Shown piece after piece: positions 12,375-25,400 of a stretch of DNA of 64,000 bases. The position numbers and the translations under genes are program-made. The DNA is taken from positions 178,972-242,971 of the forward strand of contig WELB01000027.1 in assembly GCA_009602725.1 (NCBI GenBank), written 5' to 3'. The DNA comes from Spirogloea muscicola. Taxonomy: Eukaryota. Under the pieces are notes generated by a model. That model saw only the letters and a program-made list of their open reading frames with translations. It had not been told where the DNA came from and did not search any database. Positions within the stretch are counted from its first letter, which is position 1; each line of letters opens with the position of its first letter.

Positions 12375-15300
12375 ATGGCCGCGCGTGCCGTGGCGCTCCT
12401 AGCCCTCCTGGCAGCCGCGTTGGCGGTCTCAGCTGTGGCGGAGGTCTACTTGGAGGAGAAGTTCGACGGTGAGAATGCCGCTCCCGCTGGTGCCTTGCCA
12501 CCAGGGCACGGACGCTGCAATGCCGACTTGGTCAAGCGTTGCTTCGTGAGGCCATGCATTCTTGCAAGCTTGTCCTGTGCTGCAGGTAATCTGCAGCTAA
12601 GGTGGAGTAGGACATGACTTCCAGCCTTCCTCACCATTGGACACACTGATCAACTGGATTCGATACACGCACTGGCATTTCCTCTCAGATACATGGGAGA
12701 ACCGATGGACGATCTCCGACTGGAAGAAGAGCTCTGGGGATGCTGGTGATTGGGTCCACACAGCCGGCAAGTGGTATGGAGACGCGTCGGATAAGGGTGA
12801 GGGGCTTCCCATTTCCCAAACGCGAGAGCTATTCTGCATTCGGCCTTCCCGGCACATGACCTGGCGCTTGGTATACATTGGGCTGAAGTTGTTTCTAAGA
12901 TTTCTGGACTCTGGATACTCTGGATTGCCTCTGCACCGCTTAAGATCAACGGGCTGCAGGATTGGTGGGCTCTGTAGAGATCATTCAGGCCCGCCTTGCA
13001 CAACACATAGAGTTCCTTGTTCGAAGGTCTGACTTTTCGCAAGGCTGACCTCTCCAAGGTTTCATCACTCACACAGCTTCGGAATGTCTGGTGCAGGCAT
13101 TCAGACAACCCCTGACGCTAGATTCTTCGCCATCTCTAGCAAGTTGGACAAACCGTTTGATAACACAGACAAGGATCTTGTTCTGCAATATCAGATCAAG
13201 TGGGAGAAGAAGATTGACTGTGGTGGTGGATATGTAAAGCTTCTGAGTGGAGATGTTGACCAGAAGAAGTTCAGCGGCGATACTGAATATAGGTCAGTGG
13301 GAGCGTAACTGTTATGCAGGATAGGCCCTCATTCTTATCCATCCGCAATGTTTGCTCTCTGCACTGACTGCAAATTGTGCATACATGACATTCTCCCATG
13401 GACAATGCCTTAAATGGACCATACTCACGACGCCTGAGGCTATTCATCAGTTTGTTGCATTCATCAGCTTGCTACATAAAAGTAAGAGTATATTCAAGTG
13501 CCTGTTATTGCAGCATTATGTTTGGCCCTGATGTCTGTGGAGCGTCCACCAAGCGCGTGCATGCTATCATTACCTACAAGGGCAAGAATCTTCTGATCAA
13601 GAAGAACATCGAGTGCGAGACGGACCAACTTTCCCATGTGTATACCTTCATCTTGAGCCCAAACAATACATACCGAATTCTCATCGACAACACTGAGAAA
13701 GGAGCAGGCAGCTTGTACGATGACTGGGACTTCCTTGAGCCTAAGCAGATCAAGGACCCCAGCGCGAAGAAGGTCTGCAGACATGGACGCCAATATTTCA
13801 GCACAGCTCTGCATATGAATCATTTTATGATGTTGGAGGAGATGCCTGTCAAGTAGTGCTACCGGCCAAAGCTGGGCATAAATACAAGGTGATGAGTGCA
13901 TACTGAAAAGCTAATGTGTCCTGCAGCCCTCTGACTGGGTGGATGATGAGTACATCGCCGACCCCGAGGACAAGAAGCCCGAGGTGAGAACATCATGTAT
14001 AAAGGGTTTTACTTCTGTATATGCTCACAATATGTGGTAAGGCTTTTGAGCAGCCGCTGCATCTTCATGTGAGGAGGATCTTACGCTCGCCAAGTCAGCC
14101 TAAAGCTCGCCACATGTTTAGGCAAGACTAGCCAAGGCCTGGCCCAGTTGCCTCTCTTGAGCATTTCTGATGCACTTTGACCTCCCTTTGATCAGGGTTA
14201 TGACGATATTCCTGCTGAGATTGTGGACCCCGAGGCTAAGAAGGTATTGTCTGTCTCTGCATCTTATCTAAGAACCACGGGTTTAGGTTATCCGACTCAA
14301 GTGCGCCTCCCTTTTGTCTGTAGTCGACCTACTCACGGAAGTCAGTCATAGCAGTTGCCAATCAGAAGATTAAAGGCTCACTTTTCTTCTGGACAGTATT
14401 ACCTGCTTGCTGCCTTGATATCCATTCCTCAAATGATTTCCTTTCCTGCTGCCTCAGCCTGAGGATTGGGATGACGAAGACGATGGCGAGTGGGAGGCCC
14501 CTCTGACCCCCAACCCAGAGTACAAGGGCGAGTGGAAACCAAAGGTAAGTGGGACTTTGCTCAAGCAGCTGATCGTAGTCGCACTTTGGGGTGAGCCAAG
14601 CAGATTGTAAGCTGGCCTGACCTCTGGTTACCTGCTGCCGGTAGGAACAAGACCCAACTTGTCTCCAAGCAGAAGCATCTCATAGCTTGCACACAAATGG
14701 CTTACGATACCTGTGTCCCCTTCTGTACAGAAAATAAAGAATCCCGAGTACAAGGGCAAATGGTCTGCACCTCTCATTGACAATCCCAGTAAGACGCGAA
14801 CATGTAGTTCTTGTGCCAGATCAGCAAGTCTTCATGCTGGCCTTTACCAACAAAGTGCTAGGCTGCTTGCTTGCAGTCAGTGGCTCTGCTAAGCAGATTC
14901 TTGGATAGGCCAGAGGCACCATCCTACTTACACTGGCTTGTGCATCATGGAGTGACTACAGTCTGTCACCAGGCATCAGCTTTTGGAGTTTTCCCTTTGT
15001 ACACTAGCTGTTGAAGTATCTGGACCACAGTGTGCGTAGGGTAAACAGCAGGCCTTGTTGCATGCCCTTCTCAGCAGGATTTGCATGATTGAGTGTGCAG
15101 ATTATTTGGATGATCCGGCTGTTTACAAGCTACCTCCTCTTACCTACGTTGGCCTTGAGCTCTGGCAGGTAAGATATTTACAGCAAATACGAATCTGTAA
15201 GTTCTTCAGCTGCTTGCTTGTAACATGCATTCGTGACACCAGAAGGTGCAAGATTGATTGGTTGCAGTTGTCGTTGCATCCAACAAGTGTCTCTTGATGT

Positions 15301-16612
15301 TCCAGGTCAGTTGTCTGGCATCAAGCTCTGACGTACTATTGCTACCACATGAAACCTGACGAAAGCTGACTTGGTGCGCGCAGGTCAAGTCAGGCTCCAT
15401 CTTTGACAACTTCTTGGTCACAGATGATGCTGAGTATGCCAAGACGTTTGCAGAGACTACATGGGGCACGCTCAAAGATGTAAGATACAATCTCTACATC
15501 TTCTACCTGTATTTGACAGGAACATGGCAAGTTAGCATGTCTATGAAGCAGGAAGAGTGTCGCCTAGCTCCCGCAGCCGATGGTGAATGCAGAGAGTGCA
15601 CATCACGCAAATGGCAGCTATGTCTAGCGGTGATGAGTGTAAGTAGCCCGCATTTGCAGCATAACTGACTTTGTTCTGTTTGTGGGCCAGGGTGAGAAGA
15701 CTATGTTCGATGACACAGAGAAGGAGCGGGAAGCTGCTGAGGAGGTGTGTTCGCATTCGTCTGTCCACTAGTCATGGCTGCTGTTTTGCTGCTAAGGGCT
15801 CTTGATTGAAGCTGCTTGATAAGGTAGTCACAGCTCTGCCTAGGAAGGCAGCAGTCTCAATGCAATATGACAGGGGTGATGCATGTCAATATCTTGATTG
15901 CTGAAGTTGGCAGCTGGGGTCTAATTGCATAATTGTCTTTCTCCTTTGCAGGAAGAGCGGAAGAGGAGTGCTCCTCCCGAGGACGACGATGATGAGCCAG
16001 TAAGTCATCAACCAGTCTGTATGGGTGCTTGTTGGCCTGACTTGCATGCTTGCCACAGTGCCCATGGTCTGCTGAGTACTGCCCACATAGTCTTGGAAAG
16101 TGCTGCAAGGGGCTTGGTCAGGGCGTTAGGAGTGAAGTTTAGGGTTCAAACCTAAACCCTCCAACCCTCTTGCAGTATATGAGACTGCATTCTAGTACAG
16201 AAACATAGTCTGAGTGGCTAGACATCTAGGTATGTTTTGACATTGCTTCCTTCAGATGGACTAGCCACAGGATTGACCTTTTGACATTGCAATGTCTTTA
16301 ACTGCAGGAGGACTTCCCCGACGAGGATGACGATGAGCCGCCTCTGGCCGAGGTACGCAATAGACTCTCTAGCTTTGATTTGCATGAGCAGCGTGATCAA
16401 GAGAGACCTCGAGGGTGTCAATCCCTATTTGGTTGTAAATAAGACAGACTCGCTGCCGTTCTTTCTTGGCTCCACAGCATTACCCATCATTGTGTTACGC
16501 TAGCTGGCCTCTCCATGAGCAGATTCAGCTCACCCGCACACGTCCTGCTTCATGCAGAGCATTACTAACTCCCTTCCCTTCCCATCAATGGCAGGGCCAT
16601 GATGAGCTTTAG
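12375..16612 (+). CDS. CRT: Calreticulin, many small exons, C-terminal HDEL
   Basis: Signal peptide [22 protein letters not shown] then [44 protein letters not shown]-domain repeats [33 protein letters not shown]; acidic tail; last exon 16595-16612 encodes GHDEL*. Confidence 0.97.
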
Positions 16613-17229
16613 AGCTATAGCACGGGAGATGTTTGAGACTGGGCATAAATCTGCTCTTCTTAATAGCGCGCAGCACCTTGACAGGCAGCTACCTCCTTCT
16701 CTTTGGCGTAGTTATCATTGCCAAATGAGGTATCACTGTGGAGCATTGGGTAGTGCTCTACTAATTGATTTGACCCGTGATTTGTGATCATCCGGCTGTC
16801 AAATACTTTTGAGTTAGAAGTTATTTTTGCAGAGTATTTCTTGCTGGGAGTACTTTGCTTTGCTTCTGATTTGGTAGGTGGCTGCTGCAGATCCTAAGAG
16901 AAGTCTGACGTCTTTGCAAGTCATAAGAACGTCGTCACCACATAAATTTTTCAGTGCACTGTTTCTAAGTACCTTCCATGTGCATACAATCTAAAGCTGC
17001 TGGACATTAAAAGATGTGACGTAATATATACCAATTTTACAACGTGTACCTGTCATCATTCTAATTGAGACAAGGAAGTCCAGTGTGGACCTGTGTAAAC
17101 TGGTGCAAGTTTGATCAGGCATGTACATAATGTAAATGTATCATACACATTGAACAGTCTGTGCACGATGTCGAGCATTCTTTCAGTGGACCATAGCAAA
17201 CACAGCAGGCATCCCCTTCACCTATCGGA

Positions 17230-17452
17230 GACAACCCTCTTAGATGGGGATAGATTCCCGGCAGCTAGTCTGTCGGATCTGCGGCTCCTCACTCGTAACT
17301 ACTGAGTGATCCATCCTCCCCTTGTGCTGACATGACATCTTCAGGCCCCTCTGTAGCTGCTAAACGCTTGTCAGCCCCTCCGAACCCTTGTCAGTTCTTT
17401 TTGGGCTGGCTTATCACAGCCCTTGCCCCCATTTGGAGTGCCACTTCTTCTT
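17230..17452 (+). mobile_element. Short CRE-like 3' fragment with hairpin 3' UTR
   Basis: FPAASLSDLRLLTRNY* (stop 17305) followed by TTTTTGGGCTGGCTTATCACAGCCC. Confidence 0.7.
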
Positions 17453-17726
17453 AGAGCCTTGCGTGCCTTCGCAACCTGCCGCAACCGTTAAGCCCGGATG
17501 TGTGCCCGCCAACTTTTAAGAGCCACGGAGATGACTTCGATGTCGCATGCCAATTGCGAAGTATTTTTAAACTCAAGCAAACCACACGTAGTCCTGCTGA
17601 GCCAGTTATGCAGGCTACGGCCTGTTAGTGGAAGCGGAGCATGGTGGATCCAAGTTCGCTGTGCAGAGGCCCCTCATGGGCATGCAAGATGAGCCGGCGT
17701 GAGCTAATTGTGCTGGCATTTGCTTA

Positions 17727-18275
17727 TCACGCATGCTTGAATGATTTCATACTGAGCCAGTGGATGTACACTGCGGCCAGCGTGACGGGCAACGTCAGCG
17801 GGACGAGCAGGCAGTAGTACCTGCAGCCAGAACCCCTCAGAATGCGAGGCTTGAGATTGAGCCCCAGCAAGCCCAGTGGGCCTCTCAGCCTTGCCAACAT
17901 GCACTCTTGTGACGCAACTCACAGACTGAGCTACAAATGGTGCAATAACAGGGGCTCCTGCCCCACAGCTAGCAATACAGCCGTAATTAAAACATGAATG
18001 GAAGACATTCCACCAGTCAGGCTCTGGCGGCACGGGCGCCCAACACCCACCTGTCGTCCGCGACGGCGGCGAGGAGCGGTGCCGCCGGGGAGCCGGCGAC
18101 GAGCTTGGAGGCCGCCATGGCGTACAGGGCGGCGAGCAGCGCCCCAGCTCCGAGCGCCACCAGGGCGACGCCCGCCGCTCGCGGCGGCAGGGGGACCGGC
18201 ACTACAGGCTCGCCAGGGGGCTCGTCGCCGCCGCCGCCGNCCGCGGCCGCGGGGCCGCGCCGGCGGCGAGTCCAT
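17727..18275 (-). CDS. PIGY: GPI-GlcNAc transferase subunit PIG-Y/Eri1-like small membrane protein, 2 exons
   Basis: Exon 1 (18051-18275, interrupted by an n at 18239) has a hydrophobic helix GVALVALGAGALLAALYAMAASKL. Exon 2 (17727-17820) encodes YYCLLVPLTLPVTLAAVYIHWLSMKSFKHA*, the typical PIG-Y C-terminus. The ORF track misses this spliced gene. Confidence 0.8.
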
Positions 18276-19479
18276 GGCGCCTTCCGCCGTGTTAATCTCG
18301 TAAACTCGAATATACTTTGATCATCGAATGCATTCTATTCTTTTGCGCGGAAGGATCTACTGTAACCTTCACAGCAAGTCAAGAACAGCACAAGTAGGAG
18401 GCGGGAGGTTAAGGGCTCAGCAGGCCCTGGCCCCTTTTGCCTAACTGGTCTTCACTGGCAAGAGCTGCGGCCTCCCCTTGCAAGGTGCGTCCAAGAACGT
18501 GTTACAAGTGCCACTACGTGAAATGATGGGTAATTGGGTCGGGACTAGCCTGCTTCACTCCCTGCAGGTACCGCTGCTGAGAAAGCATATGTGAAGTGGT
18601 GCTGGCTTGTGCTGAAGCACATGCATGTTGATGACCTCTGAAGAGGCCTCGTGAGGTTGTCAAAGGTTGAGGTGTACAAAACGTCAGCCCGATGGCCGCC
18701 CATCATTGCAACTGCTTTGTGCCCAAATATAACTTGCACCAACGAGGCACCAGCCAGCACTGGACATAGATGGCTATGGATTGCAATACACCGCTGGATA
18801 GGCAGACTTGCAGGCTCATAGCAGAGGGTGGATTCCTAGCCGCCACTGTCCACACGGAGCAACACCCTCCGTTGCCTGTCCAACTTGAATGTGCTCACTC
18901 GTGGGTTCTAATGCCCTCCTTCAGCCGCGCTTTCGCCCTGTACCCTCACCGTTTGCCCCTCCAGACTTAGCCAACCATGTTAAGTCAATTCTCAGCATTT
19001 TCCTTACATGAATACTGCAATTGGCTCAGCTTGACCCCCCCCTTTATGTGCACTGCACGCCATCTCCCGTGAGGGATAATGTAGAGGAGCAAAGACTAGA
19101 CAACGCAATGGAGGTTCGTTGAGGTCCTCCAGCACCTCTACAGATCCCGGAAGGCATATCAGATACCTCCAGGCCTGCAAATGGTGGGAGGTCGTACAGG
19201 AGTTTGACGTCAAGAGCTCAGAGGAAAGAAGTGGCTCCCCTGGAGCGCATGCCCAAATGGGCGGACAGATCCGCCTAAAACGTCAGTCCTAGAAGGGACC
19301 CACCAAACGAGTCGAGGAAGCAGAACTGTTCTTGAGGGGCTTCGAGTTACATGGGGTGAGCACTCCTAGAGGCACCTGCCGCATTCTTTAATAAGAAAGA
19401 GCGCATGGTGTCAAAGTATGAACTGGAGGCCGAGCCAAAGAAAGATTGAGAGTGAGAGGAAGTAAGAGAGTGCTTTTCC

Positions 19480-22400
19480 ATCAGCGATCAGGCGGACGGT
19501 GGCTGTGGAAGGCCAGTCCAGGAGGTTGAAGGGACAAGGGGGAAGCCCCAATGTGGGTGGGCGAGCCACTAAGTAGCACAAATGAGTAGCTGCCAGAAAC
19601 AGCCATTGCTTCTGAAGGACCCATGTCCACTCTTTTGGGCTTGCCTTTCACAGCCATCGCCTCCATCTTGAAGAGCTTTTCCTGAAGAAGAAGCCAGTGT
19701 CCTACATGTTAGAAGCACGTACTTTTGAGCGTGTGTGACTGTTATTGTGAAGGCCTGGGCCAGTCACAGCCGTCCCGGCCCCTGGCAAACCGGCTATCGG
19801 CAGGGGTACTGCTGTTTGGCCGTTCCTTTGGGCTGGCCTCTCACAGCCGCCAGTCACTTTGGCAGCGCTGTTGTTGCTTTATTTGACTGCTTGTATTCCT
19901 ACTTGCGGCTGCGAACCAGGGGTCACTGAGCGGCCATTCTTAGTGATCGCTTCATTTCCTGCGTGCTATGCAGTTGACGTCTCTTCCGAACCCTGTCAAG
20001 CTTATGTGGGCTTGCCCTTTGCAGCCCTCGCCCATTGGAAGAGCGACTTCTTTCCCCTTTAGCCTGCAATCACGCTGTTACCGTAGCACCCTTAGCATAG
20101 GCTTACAAATGACCTAGCCCCAACCTTTGCCAGCTTTTAACTAAGTAGCGTGTTGCATTGATTTGGCCTCCCGAAACATGCGCACTGCGCGCCTTACCCC
20201 CTTCTGACCGGAAACTGCTCAGGGAGGAAGCGACTACCCGTGCAAGCACACAGGGAACCAAGAAGTGGCTATTTGTGAGAAGACGCTCCGCCAATGGAAG
20301 GCAATGGCTGTCAGGTGCCAGCCCAAAAGAATGCACAAGCAAAGAATGACTCCTCAAGTAGAGGGCGATGGCTTTGATTGGCCAGCCCAGAAAAGAAGGA
20401 ACATGCAAACATCTGAAGGGCGGGGAGGCGCCAAAACCACGAACCAACATTCACTGACCTGCCAGTAAGAAGTAGATGATTTGAAAAAATTTCGTGTAAT
20501 GAAAAGAAGGGAAGGCCAAATGGCCAAGTACAAAGGCGCATCTGAAGAACCTACATAACCTACAGCAGATTGACCCGCTCAGTAGCCACGGGTCAAAACA
20601 TAAAGGCCGCCTAATCGATGCCTGAATACTAGATGGCCTGAAAGGGGCGGGGGCTGTAAATGGCCTGCCCAGAAGCAATGAACAAGGTCCAGAAAAGAGA
20701 ATTTCGTGTATTTGAAACAATCGAAGGCCAGTATGGCCAAGTACAAAGGTAAGCACATCTTATGACGTAGCAGCTAGCATCTAGCAGCTACTGGGGCTGC
20801 TAGTGGAGTGAGGCAGCAGCAGTGCCAGGAGGAATGGAGGGGTGGGGGGGGGAAGCGGGCTGTGAAAGGGGGCTGTGCCACGATTGTGCCAAAAGGGCCC
20901 AAAGGCGCCAAAACACACAGCCATGCAAGAGTCCATTCCTTTTTGGGTGGCCTCTCACAGCCACCAGTCAATCTGGCCGCGCCAGATTTTTATATTTTGT
21001 ATAGCTCATTTAATGCAAGAGACTACGGCGAATGGGAGCACAGTAACCCCCTGTCAGCAGCCGCCAGTCGGAGTGACTTGCAGCTGTAGTAAGAAAGTAG
21101 CAGAGAAGGCGGCTGCGGCCACGGAGCTGGGAGCGGATCAGATCGCCTCGCCCCTACCAGCATAGGCGGCCTTGGGTGCCGTCCGCTGGCTCGCCTGTCC
21201 CAAGCAGCTCACCTGGGTTGCTGGGCCCAAGTGGCCTCCACCATCTCCAGTCGCTTCATCCTGAGGGGCCAGGCTGTTTTAGCACCCGCTATAGCGGGTG
21301 TTGCAACAGGGACCAGGCCCTTCCAGCTTTCCCTAACCGCAGCACTGCATGACCTCTCGTGCTCCCTACCAACACTTGCCGAGGGTCATGCAGATTTTGC
21401 GGCATGGGCACGCTGTTCCGATAGGAAAGCGCAGGCTCACTACACACACGCTGCGGACGTGCAGGCCGCCTCCGACTTGAAGGGACTGCTCAAGGACGAT
21501 AGACGTGGCCTTACCCGGCTCCTTTCAATCGGCTCCCCGGGCGCGTCGGAGTGGCTAAACGCTCTGCCGATCTACGAGTCCCTTCGGCTTTCTGACAACC
21601 TTTTCCGCACGGCGCTCCACCACCACCTTGGCCTCCCCCCCCCTTGCTTGGCTGGCATCCGCCAGTGCGAGTGTGGCCACATTGCCGACGACAAGCTCGC
21701 CTTAGCTTCGCACATGCTGAGGTGTGTTGAGGGGGGTGAGCGCATTGCCTCCCACGACCTACTAAGGGATACCATGTTTGGCATTGTGCGAGAGGCGGGA
21801 TATCATCCGGCGATGGAGGTGTCTGGGATCATGCCAATCTCCTCAAGGCGCGGCAAGCCATACGTGCGGCGTCTGGACGTGGTCGCTACCCCGCGGGGCG
21901 GTGGGCCTCGTCTGCTCTTGGACGTGGTACTGATCGACGCATACAAGGCTGGCGCACCAACGTCAACCGTGTCTGGCTGGGCCACGTCCAGCGCGGAGCG
22001 CAAGAAGGAGCGGCACTACCATGATCATCCTCGAGGGGACCATCTTTACCCGTGTGCCATGGATATCTATGGAGGCTACGGCGTGAAATGGTCCTCCCTG
22101 ATCCAGCATCTGGCCCGGCTGGTTGATGCGCGTCGTCGAAGTCGGGGGGGCAGCTTGGGCCACTCCAGCATTCCGCAGGCCTTAGTTGCATATTATAGAA
22201 TGCGGCTCTCGCTTAGTTTGCAGCGCTCGCAAGCATTGGCTCTTCATCAACGTGCAGGGCGCGCTCTAAGTCAGGCCTCCGGCTTTCGTGGCGGCGCTCC
22301 AGCTCCCCAAGTTAGCTTGTCAGATTTGTTTGTGCTCACCCGTGGGTACTAATGTCATCTTAGGTACCTTAGATTAGGTCTCCGTATTATATAGCATTGT

Positions 22401-25400
22401 TTAGTCTGCACTCGACTCTGCCTGAACAATGTATTGGCTTGAATTGGCCTCCCTTTCAATTCATGCGCCCCGCGCGCCTTCTCTCGCCCAGAGACGGTTG
22501 GGAGGTGAGGTGGGGGGCGCAGGCGCGCCGTCGGCGCCGGTTGGCCGGGCGGGCCGCCCCGGGAACGTGGCCACACGTGGGTGCCGGCCCGCCGCCCATG
22601 CACGAGCGGCACCGGAGAGCCGGCGGCGACGGCACCATGTCCGCCGCCTTTAAGCCGGCCAAGTGGCACTCGCTCACGCCGTCTTCTGACGGTGGAACCC
22701 AGACGCCTCGGGGTCAACTTGCCACGCTTTGGCTGCTACTTCTGGGTCTCGTTGGGGAAAGGCGCGCGGTGCGCATGGCAATGAAAGTGGAGGTTGAAAC
22801 TCGGAGAAGGGGTGCCTGGGGTGCCTCTTTCCTGGCTGCAAGTTGATCCGACTTGCGGCTGCTGACTCGGTGGTACTAAGCTCCCATCCGCCGCTGTCTC
22901 TTGCATAGCTGTGTGATTTTGGCGCCTTTCGGCCCTTTTCTTCATTGTTTGTGGACCTTGCTCATATGAAATGGCCTGGCTTCACAGCCCCCGCCCCATT
23001 TGGAAGAGCTCATTTCTGGGAAAGACATCACTTCTTCTACTTCTGGGGTACCTCGGCGGCCCACTTCCCCCCGTTCCGGCGCCCCGTTAGGCCTGAAGCT
23101 GGATCCGGAACCCGATCCCCGTCGCCGCGCCACCCACGAAGCAGCCCCTCTTCTCACCCCAACGGCTTGGATGGGCCCGCGCGCCGCGATCCACGGCTGC
23201 GGGCTCGCCCCAAGGAGAAGCGAACTCGGCGAGGTGCCAGATACGTTTCCCAGCTGTATCTGCCGCACGCCCAGGCAACTGCAGCAGCGGCGCCAGTTGG
23301 GCGCGAGCCGCCCATCCTGGAAAGCCGCGCCCGGGGTTGGTGGCCCCGTGCACTCCTCACCTGCCCCGACGAGACGAAGTATCGCTCTCACCAAGAGGGC
23401 GGTGGTCTTCTCTCGGTGGCCCTTCTTCATAGCCGCTTAGTTTCTTTTTGTGCTTGTTTTTCTTAGTGCTTCCCCTGGCCCCTTCGTCCTTTTGTTCATT
23501 CATTTTTGGGCTGGCTTTTACTAACCCCTATCCTCAATGGGCGAGCCCTACTTTCTTCGTAGAGAGAGAAGGCGCGCGGGGCGCATGAATTGAAAGGGAG
23601 GCCAATTCAAGCCAATACATTGTTCAGGCAAAGTGGAGGAGGACAGAGAGTGGGCTGGGTTTAGGGTCCTCCACGCGCATTAGCTGCAAACGGCTCAGGC
23701 CCCAATGACTGCGCACGAGCATACACTCAAAGTGCTTGGGCCTAGACAAGAAGCCGTTTCCGAAAGGCAGTAATGTCTTCCGAAGGGGGCGAGGGTATAG
23801 AAGGCAAGCCGAAAAAATTGGATCGGGAAGGGCCGTGACTGTGACGGGCAGGCTCAATTGGGCTGACGAGCGTTGCGGAGGACACTGCGAGATTATCGTC
23901 ATGCACTGGGCGTGCCGAACCTTCAGCTTGCTCTTGTCACCTAGGTGATAATGGCCCCTCTATCTTGAGAAGGACTACAGGGAATACTACTGGTGAGGTG
24001 TTGAATTGTGTGGCTGATGCTTGGACGCTCTTGTTCATGTGCTACAACACTGCACATACCCTGCAGTCTTGGGCGGCACCTCAGACAGAATGACTTCACA
24101 TTAGCATGAAGGAGAATACACACCGTGGAGTACCGAACTTGTCAGATACATTCTTTCCAACTTTGGAATAAGAGCGCGTGGGTGGAGGTGGGGCTGTTGA
24201 CAAGCATTGACAAGCACGACTGATCAACGCGACAAATATGGTGCAGCCACGACTACGTTGCCCAACAAGTTGCAAGCCACACTGCACCTCAAGCTCAGGG
24301 TGCCGAGCCTCGTCATCGTTAGGATGTCGTGTCGAGATCGCCCGCCCTCTGACTTCCGGAACACGTGACGCACCTGCGGGCCCCTCGCCTTGCTGGGCGA
24401 GTGTGGCTTGATGTCAAATGATACTAATACTTTAAGAGGCTTCTTCGAAGGCCAGCCCAAAAAGGAAGGGACAAGCTCCGAACAAAAGGAAGGACCAGAA
24501 AGGCGTGAAGAGAGAGAAGGCGCGCGGTGCGCGTAAGATGAAAAGGGTAGGCATCTTAAGAAGTAGATTCTAAGCCATTACACTGTTCAGTCAATCTTTT
24601 TCTATTACACTGTTCAGGCACGAGCTAGGGGGAAAGGTGGGGCAAGTCCAAATGAAAGATAGAGGTTCCAATGTAAGGCAATGGCTATGAAAAATTGTGC
24701 GCCCATAGAGGAGAAAAAGATTCGTGTAGTTGAAACAAACGAAGGTCAAATGGCCAAGTACAAACAAAGTGCTCGCCCATAGAGAAGAGTGGCTGGCAAA
24801 GCCAGCCCAAAAAGAATGGACAATATCCCAAGCCAAAGAAAGGTGCCGAAAAAGAACTACACTACAGTCCATGCAAAGGCAAGCACACCTAAGAACTACA
24901 TAACCTACAGCAGAATGAGGAGAGGAGAGGGGCTGTGAGAAGAGAGGCCAGCCAATTGAGAAGAAAGTGCTCGCCAGTTGAACGAACAAGACAAGTTAGC
25001 ACATTCTGACCAAAGGGCCGTGAACAATGAGCCAGTCTCACAAAAGACCTTTTGTCCATTTCTTAGGGCTGGCCTGTCACAGCCATTGCCGTCATTTTGG
25101 AAAAGCTGTCTTCACAAAAAGAGAAAAGCATTGCGAGCGAAGCCCCTCGGGCAGCTTCAGACGGACGGAAGTAGAAGAAGCGCTTTTTCTTGGGGCCAAA
25201 AGCGCTGAAGAAAGCGCGGCCAGATTGACTGGTGGTTGAGAAGAATTTTCGTGTATTTGAAACAAATGAAGGCCAATTGGCCAAGTACAGAGGCAAGCAC
25301 ATCTAAGACCTACATAACCTACAGCAGAATGACCCGCTCAGTAACCGCGGGTCAAACCATAAAGGTGGCTAATCGATGCCTGAATACTAGATGTCAGATA

